A stretch of 35,701 nucleotides of DNA. It comes from Tubiluchus corallicola (taxonomy: Eukaryota; Animalia; Priapulida). Positions 27,928-35,701 of the stretch are shown piece after piece (the stretch's first letter is position 1; each line of letters starts with the position of its first letter). The position numbers and the translations under genes were made by a program. A model generated the notes under the pieces. It was given only the letters and a program-made list of their open reading frames with translations. It was not told where the DNA came from and did not search any database. The stretch covers positions 1-35,701 of the forward strand of contig JAQGDQ010001536.1 of the NCBI GenBank assembly GCA_030141605.1, written 5' to 3'.

Positions 27928-28889
27928 TTATACAAAATGCAAACACTCGATCAGCCATGTTCAGTAACGTATAAAGCACTCAATAGATGGCAGCAAAAGA
28001 AAGCATTTATATATATATATGACTGAGATAACTCAGTGCAAGTCTGATTGACTAACTATAATACATATGTAACATTAAGTTCATAATATGTTGCTCTGTT
28101 GTATGCGTTTTTTATACCGTTATACCACTTATATGTGGTTTCTTCATTCTGATGTGTCAGATGTGAAGTGGTTTCTTAAAACTGCCATGTTTTCTTTGCC
28201 TTTTTTGCGATTACATTCCTTATACATGTTCCCATAAATTTAAAATGAAGTGATATAAACATAAATGAATATTTTACGTAACGTAACGTAACCAAACATG
28301 GCAGCCGGCCCCACGTAGGACACAAATGCAACGAGGTCAAAGGTCAAGAGATCAAGATAACACGTCTATTTAGTACGCTTTGCATTTGCTACACTGTAAC
28401 ATATTTCAAAAATGAATACTATACATTAAAATGACAAGTTTGGGAAAAGGGTCTCCGCAACTTAAAAGACAACTGTTTTGCTTTGGAGATCAGTAACTCC
28501 AAAACTTAGTTTATCTGTTGAAATAGCTACAATAACTAAAACTAAAAGGTCAAAGGTCACGAGGAGAAAATGGAATGTTATTTAATAACTGATAGTCAAA
28601 ATTGAAATACCTGTTTCGAGTTGGATGGTTTTGCGCCTCATATAATATGCAGGGCCTATTTCAGCCTAGGCGAGGCCCGGGGAAGTGGGGCATATAATGC
28701 CCCATCGGGGGTGGGGGGCTACCATGTTTGGCGCCCAGAAAATTTTTGAACTGCTAGAACGTTGGAGAAGCATTTTCGAAGAGAAAATATGGAGTTATAC
28801 AGTTGTTAAAGGAAAGAACAATTGAAAGAAAAACTGCTTTATTCTCAAGACCAGTTCTTAATACTTGATAATACTGGCAAACGGCGTGG

Positions 28890-29057
<168 letters not shown>

Positions 29058-29281
29058 GAGGCAGTATGTTCGCATAAAGCAAAAAAATTTGGTGCGAGGC
29101 CCCCCTGGAGGGTGAGGCCCCGGGGAAGTATCCCCACTCCCCCCTCCCCTCGTAAACTTTAGCAACCAGACTGGCAGAATTGATCCCTTGTCGAGATCAG
29201 ATATCAAAGGCACAACGTACTGCTGGCCCACAGGCTTACTTATGTATATTTGTTTTAATGATTTCATTTTGACTTTTGCAG

Positions 29282-30210
29282 GCAATGATCTAATTTGTGA
29301 CTGTGACTTAACTTGGACAAAGAAGGAAGACTGGCTTAAAAGTCAAGTGGACTGTCAAATACCTTACAAAATGGACGCTGCATTAGAAGATTTCAACTGT
29401 CACACTGAAACGGAGGCAGTGACTAGCACAGAAAGACCAACAACAACAACAACAACCACTCCTACAGAAGCAACAACAACAACGACGACCACGACGACGA
29501 CAACAACACCAACATCAACAACATCGACAACAACTACTGTTACTACAACGGCAACTGCAACAACAACACTAACAACAACATCCACAACAACAACGACGAC
29601 AACGATATCTACAACAACATCAACAACAACGACATCTACAACAACAGCAACGACATCTACAACAACAGCAACGACATCTACATCTACAACAACAACAACG
29701 CCGCAAACGATAACAACAAGTAACAAGAGTGAAAACCTTTTGACGGACGAACAGCTTGACATCCCAGAACAAAGGGCTGCCGGCGGACCAATGACAACCA
29801 ATACAACCACGTCATCAGCAGAAAATAGAACAACAGCAAAAGATAATAAAACATTTACAACGAAGGAGACGACCATGTCGTTGGCAAACGTGAGCGAAAC
29901 AGACGCTAGTGACACAACAGTAGCGAGGACCAGCGAAGCGAATGCAACTGTCCAGTTCGTAGAAGTTATGGTCACTCCTCAAACGGCAGGATTGGACCTA
30001 GTGCCCATGATTGCGGGAGCCGGGGCACTAATGGGCGTTCTGGCCTTGGTTCTCCTTGTGCTCCTTGCAAAGAGTCGGCGAAGGCAAGAAGAAGAAGAAG
30101 AGAGCGAACTGGATAGTGAAGTAACAAGTACAAGTGAGGAGTCTTCTGTAAGCACGGAAGAAAGTTCAAGTCTTGTTTCAAGGTCAAGTACAGTTTCTAC
30201 TGAATCATAG
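29282..30210 (+). CDS. Gene B terminal exon: LRRCT, long Thr-rich mucin-like stalk, TM helix, acidic Ser/Thr-rich tail
   Basis: Acceptor TTTTGCAG|GCAAT, phase 1, GNDLICDCDLTWTK...; TM LVPMIAGAGALMGVLALVLLVLLA followed by KSRRR; frame intact to TAG, though the upstream gene is truncated. Confidence 0.8.
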
Positions 30211-30457
30211 TTGCAGCTATAGCCGTATATGTGCTGTGAAGAAACCAGTTTAAAGATGTATTAAATGATTCGACGGAAAATGTAAATTTTTTACGATTCT
30301 CTTGTTAATTTCTTTGCATTCAAATTAGCGTTTATTTCTGATTTGCTACACAGCTTTTAAAATGCTCAGTATTATTGCTTTCCTTCCATTGGTATGTATA
30401 AAAACATACTTAAAAGTTTAACTAATTAATTCGTATATTTTTTGAAGATGGTGATAT

Positions 30458-30467
30458 AACAATAACA

Positions 30468-30536
<69 letters not shown>

Positions 30537-30548
30537 ACAACAATAATA

Positions 30549-30594
<46 letters not shown>

Positions 30595-30739
30595 TAACAG
30601 TAAGAATAATAATAACAATAATAACAACAACAACAACAACAGCAGCAGCAGCAGCAACAACAACATCAACAACAACAGCAGCAGCAGTAACACCAACAAC
30701 AACAACAGCAGTAGCAGCAACAACAACAACAACAACAAT

Positions 30740-30779
<40 letters not shown>

Positions 30780-30837
30780 GCAGCAACAAAAACAACAACA
30801 ACACAACAAACACAACAGCAACAACTACAATAACAAT

Positions 30838-30898
<61 letters not shown>

Positions 30899-30922
30899 AC
30901 AACAACAACAACATAAACAGCA

Positions 30923-30957
<35 letters not shown>

Positions 30958-31130
30958 AACAACAACATCAACAACAGCAGCAGCAACAACAACAACAACA
31001 ACAACAGCAACAGCAACAACAACAACAGCAACAGCAAAAACAACAACAACAACAGCAGCAGCAGCAACAACAACAACAACACAACAAACACAACAACAAC
31101 AAAAACAAAACAACAAACACAACAGCAACG
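30458..31130. repeat. (AAC/AGC/AAT)n compound microsatellite
   Basis: Direct inspection. Confidence 0.95.
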
Positions 31131-31645
31131 AGCTTACTTAGGATCTCCTTCCATCATTGCCTGCAATTAGAAGCAACCATATTTTTTGGAAACAAAAAAT
31201 CTTCATCGTCCCACCAAGAATCTCTTTTTTTCTTTTAAAACCATGTTGTGACGTCATCGTCACTAACACAGTACAAAGTTGGAGGCGTTTATGACAACAT
31301 GACCTTCAGAGCAGCATTGGAGTTGGTGGTTTGTTTACTTTTACTTTAACTGTTTCACTAATTTGTGTGTGGGCCATTTATTTTCAGATATTTATTTATC
31401 TTTATAAACGAAGAATATTTACAACAAAAGTACGTTGTGTTATTTTGAAGACACGTGATCCTAGTAGTATAGTTTATTGACTGTAAAAACAATGATTAAT
31501 ACAAAAACTGGGGTAGTAGAAAATAATACAATTTATAGTCCATTCATTATTCTTTTCAAAAATTTTTCACAGGTGGATCATATTAATACATAAAGTAAAA
31601 TAGTCGTACTACCTTTATACCATTGAAAAAGTGGTTAAACGTTTT

Positions 31646-31930
31646 AGTTTCATATTTTAAGCGTTTAGTAAACATTAATAAAACCAGTGTTAGTTTTGAA
31701 AAGTCTGTAGCACTTCAGAGCAAATTTCAAATGCATGGTTCCTCTCCATAATATTAGACAATGCAGAAAAGTTCACCCTGGGATTTTTCCTTCTAATTTC
31801 AGTAGTTAAGTTGCAGTTCGTTAATACATGTTTTTCTGTTTGTATCTCTCCACGTGTGTCTGTGCATAGTCTTTGGTTTCTCTGTTCATCGCGCCATCTA
31901 CCGGTTGCAATTCTCAAGTGATGTGCTTGT
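31646..31930 (-). mobile_element. 5'-truncated non-LTR retrotransposon 3' fragment
   Basis: HHLRIATGRWRDEQRNQRLC...EIQTEKHVLTNC fits the HxLxIxTGR[WY]...RLC...ExH.L..C ORF2 C-terminal motif. Confidence 0.7.
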
Positions 31931-32390
31931 AGTGTAGTATAGAATCATGACAATGTAGGGGTGTGAGGTGGGGTAGGTAGGGGTGAAATAAATGGCGTTT
32001 CGCCCACATTACAATATGAATTTGGAAGCATGACTCAGTACAATGGACGACAATGAGTCCAGATGAGTTATCTTGTGAAATGGAGAAATTGAGGGCAGTC
32101 TGAAGCCTCCCTTGGGAATTTTATATATAACATTCTATAACAAACACTTTATTTATTCAAACATAATGAAAAAGTACGATTAACAAACCATAAGCTGAAA
32201 TAAACAACGCAAACAGGAACACGTCCCCACAAACACAAGGCTCTTTTCAGGCTTAGTTGATTAAAAATGCCATAATTTATAACAAACACGTCCACATCTG
32301 TATCACTGTGCTGACTTCATACATTCATTCTTAACAAAGTTAATTCGTACCTCTTAATTTAGAATCGGTTTTACTTAAAATTTGATGTAA

Positions 32391-32445
32391 TAAATAATAA
32401 TAATAATGATAATGATGATGATGGCGGTGATGATGATGATGGCGG

Positions 32446-32503
<58 letters not shown>

Positions 32504-32749
32504 AGTGATAGTGATAGTGATAGTGATAGTGATAGTGATAGTGATAGTGATAACAATAACAATAACAATAACAATAACAATAACAATAACAATAACAATA
32601 ACAATAACAATAACAATAACAATAACAATAACAATAACAATAACAATAACAATAACAATAACAATAACAATAACAATAACAATAACAATAACAATAACAA
32701 TAACAATAACAATAACAATAACAATAACAATAACAATAACAATAACAAT

Positions 32750-32848
<99 letters not shown>

Positions 32849-32849
32849 T

Positions 32850-32905
<56 letters not shown>

Positions 32906-32938
32906 AACAATAACAATAACAATAACAATAACAATAAC

Positions 32939-32969
<31 letters not shown>

Positions 32970-33010
32970 GTAATAATAATAATAATAATAATAGTAATAA
33001 TAATAACAAT
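32391..33010. repeat. Compound tri/hexanucleotide microsatellite
   Basis: Blocks of AAT, GAT, GATAGT, AATAAC, AAC, AGCAAC, AAC, AATAAC, AAT. Confidence 0.95.
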
Positions 33011-33486
33011 AAATATACATTTTTTTAACATCCTCATCTCTACTTTTGTTTAAAAATATGAACTGATCGATATTACGTTGATAGTAATAGGACATTAACT
33101 TACATGAATCATTTAATCACATTGACCATTGATCACTGACCGGTGTCCAGCGCACCAAGTTACGGAGCCAAGAACTACAAAACTTCGCCCAACACCAACA
33201 CAAACGTTTCTGTACAAGGTGTTCGGTCTCTTGTGCATGTTTTGTAAAAACGGGGCACGTAACGCTGCTCATTTACGGGTTTTCACCTCCTATTCCTCTG
33301 CACGTTTCGAGTCTGCCCATAAATTGAAAACGTTTTTCGTCTTCCATACCCTTCCCTCAAAAACGCTTCTCGGAAATCTGTTAAAAGTAGCTTTTGTGTA
33401 ATTTGGTTAGCAAGCGAACAAACAAACACACAAACAAACGGCAGGGAAAACATATATTGGTGGAGGTAATGACTGAAAGAGTGCAA

Positions 33487-34090
33487 CGAATGAGTGAATG
33501 AATGAATGAATGAATGAAGTTAATAACTAACTGAAAATGCACAACAGAAGGATGGACTAAAGGCAGTAAAGAAACAAAGAAAGAAAAACAAAGAAAAAGG
33601 GAAAAGAAAGAAAGAAAGAAAGAAACAGATAAGAATATGGAAAAGAAAGCAGTAAGCAGAACGAATGGCTAAATGAATGAATGAATGAATGAATGAATGA
33701 ATGAATGAATGAATGAATGAATGAATGAATGAATGGATGGATGGATGGATGGATGGATGGATGGATGGATGGATGGATGGATGGATGAATGGATGGATGG
33801 ATGAATCAATGGTTAAATGACTAAATGAATGAATGAGTGAATGAATGAATGGATGGATGGATGGATGGGTGGGTGGATGAAAGAATGAAAGAATGAAAGA
33901 ATGAAAGAATGAAAGAATGAAAGAATGAAAGAATGAAAGAATGAAAGAATGAATGAATGAATGAATGAATGAATGAATGAATGAATGAATGAATGAATGA
34001 ATGAATGAATGAATGAATGAATGAATGAATGAATGAATGAATGAATGAACGAACGAATGAACGAATAAACGAACAAACGAACGAATGAGT
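33487..34090. repeat. (GAAT)n/(GGAT)n/(GAAAGAAT)n microsatellite region
   Basis: Direct inspection. Confidence 0.9.
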
Positions 34091-34263
34091 GAAAGGGAAA
34101 ACGTGTGAATAAGCAAAATGTAAATACGGAAAGTAGAAGGTGGAAAAAGAAAGAACAAGCAAGGAAAAATCAGAAAAACGGCAAAGGTATGTAGAAACAG
34201 TAGGACATGATTTGCCAATTTTGCATTCGAGGGACGCTGATACAAAATAAATTAAATCATTAA

Positions 34264-34724
34264 CCCTTTCATACCCGTTGTATCCCGTGGGATACGAGAA
34301 TATTTTCTGCCTTTAAAATTAATGAAATTTTAAAACTGACATTTATTTGATCTGTTAATAGTTATTTCGATTTAAGCCAGTAACAATAGACTAAAAATGG
34401 TGATAAAATGTCAAACTAGAAAATCTACATAGCATAAAAAACTGCGCAAGGTACAGTAGTTTAGAGACGACTTTGTACAGATCAGCATAGCATGCATACT
34501 AAATGTCTTAAATACTTTAAAAAATTATCAGCAGTTGCAAAATGAAGCACATTTTATGCTTCAATTGAATCCCAATGTATCCCGTGGGATACAGGCTATA
34601 TTTAGCACGCGGGCACAGGTAGAAAAAAAATTATTATTATGTGTAAACAAGATGGACATACTGAACAAAAGTACCAAGCCAAAAAACATTTTTCTTATTA
34701 AAAAATAATTTGGGACTGAAAGGG
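34264..34724. mobile_element. piggyBac-type non-autonomous element, right-arm copy
   Basis: TTAA-CCCTTTCATACCC ... GGGACTGAAAGGG-TTAA with the same flanks as 24257..24718. Confidence 0.85.
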
Positions 34725-34862
34725 TTAAAGCAATGCGTTTAGAGCTGAAGCCAGTTTAAATTACAGTCTTCTGTTATACAAAAACTTAATTCAAATCTAT
34801 CTGTGGTCAGCTCTCTAGGCTGAGAAGCCTGTAATTCATTTTCTTACTTAGTTAGCAAGTTA

Positions 34863-34876
34863 GTTACCATGGAAAC
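34863..34876. promoter_or_regulatory. RFX X-box upstream of gene A'
   Basis: GTTACCATGGAAAC, ~135 bp upstream of ATG 35013. Confidence 0.55.
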
Positions 34877-35012
34877 AATTCTTGCGACGACGCATCAGCT
34901 TACGATCACAACGCAGGCATGTTGGAACACTTGCACTGGTTGGTCTCTCTCGGTTAACTGCCTAACGTGACTCCAATGGCCGTCACATAGAAGCAACCGA
35001 AGCGCTTGGAGC

Positions 35013-35616
35013 ATGAAAGCAGCTGGCGCCCTCTTTACTGCCTGTGTCACAGCAGTGGTCATCCCCTGCACGCTGCAGGCCACGTGCACGACCATTCCAG
35101 ATGACCAGAAGGTCAGTGGGTGTTCTTACGAAGAAAATCACGACTGGAGTTATGCGTCCTGCGATGTCACCTGTGCTAACACAACGCGGGAAGAACTTGA
35201 CACTGTAGCCTTCAACCTACGAGGCAGCGTAGCACGTTTGAACATTCATTCTTATTTGGACAAAAACCTGCCGGCTAATCTTCTTGAAGGACAGATGATC
35301 ACAGAGTTTTATATCGAAGCCACAAATTTGGAGGCTATCGGGGAGGGTGCCGTCCATGCTCTTATAGAACGGTCGATTGCAGTGAAAGGCAACAGAAGAC
35401 TTACGTCGATTCATCCAAGAGCCTTCTCAAATCAGTGGGATCTGGTGTCAGTGCAGATAATTGACAATCCTCTTCTGACGTCATTAGAATTGGATTTTAC
35501 GAATAACCCGAGCTTGAAGGAACTTGTGGTGCAAGATAATGTTGGTTTACAACGGCTAGATATGCCTAAATTCCCGGGGAACGTAGCTAAGGAAGACATG
35601 AAGTTATCATTAACAG
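35013..35616 (+). CDS. Gene A' exon 1 (duplicate of gene A; continues beyond the window)
   Basis: Same 604-nt exon with 3 aa differences (K/R, E/Q, M/V); donor ACAG|GTAAAT. Confidence 0.88.
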
Positions 35617-35629
35617 GTAAATGATAAAC

Positions 35630-35677
<48 letters not shown>

Positions 35678-35701
35678 TCGTTCGTTCGTTCGTTCGTTCG
35701 T

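Larger units (their letters stand above)
29712..35701 (+). repeat. Right arm of large inverted duplication
   Basis: See left arm; contains an extra ~2 kb starting at 31646. Confidence 0.92.

Overview
AT-rich, microsatellite-dense eukaryotic DNA, probably from an invertebrate animal (spliceosomal GT-AG introns, a SINE, LINE fragments, MITEs); the species cannot be told from the sequence. The main feature is a complete 8-exon minus-strand gene (23970->6681, ~1886 aa by my manual splicing) for a type I membrane protein: signal peptide, seven tandem Cys-capped LRR modules, Thr-rich stalk, TM helix and a short tail. Every intron is phase 1 and every internal exon is a multiple of 3 nt. The terminal exon is tandemly duplicated (second copy frameshifted before the TM) and both copies sit in a 60-bp satellite built from the exon's own splice acceptor. 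The right third is a diverged inverted duplication (arms ~23300-27167 and 29712-end, 2.5-kb spacer). It gives a second copy of exon 1 on the + strand and its junction cuts a paralogous LRR-receptor gene in mid-exon. At the left, a small 4-exon + strand gene absent from the ORF track has a segment resembling the MLKL N-terminal domain. Most long ORFs in the track are translations of simple repeats. All gene models and family resemblances were made by eye and need RNA-seq and HMM confirmation.
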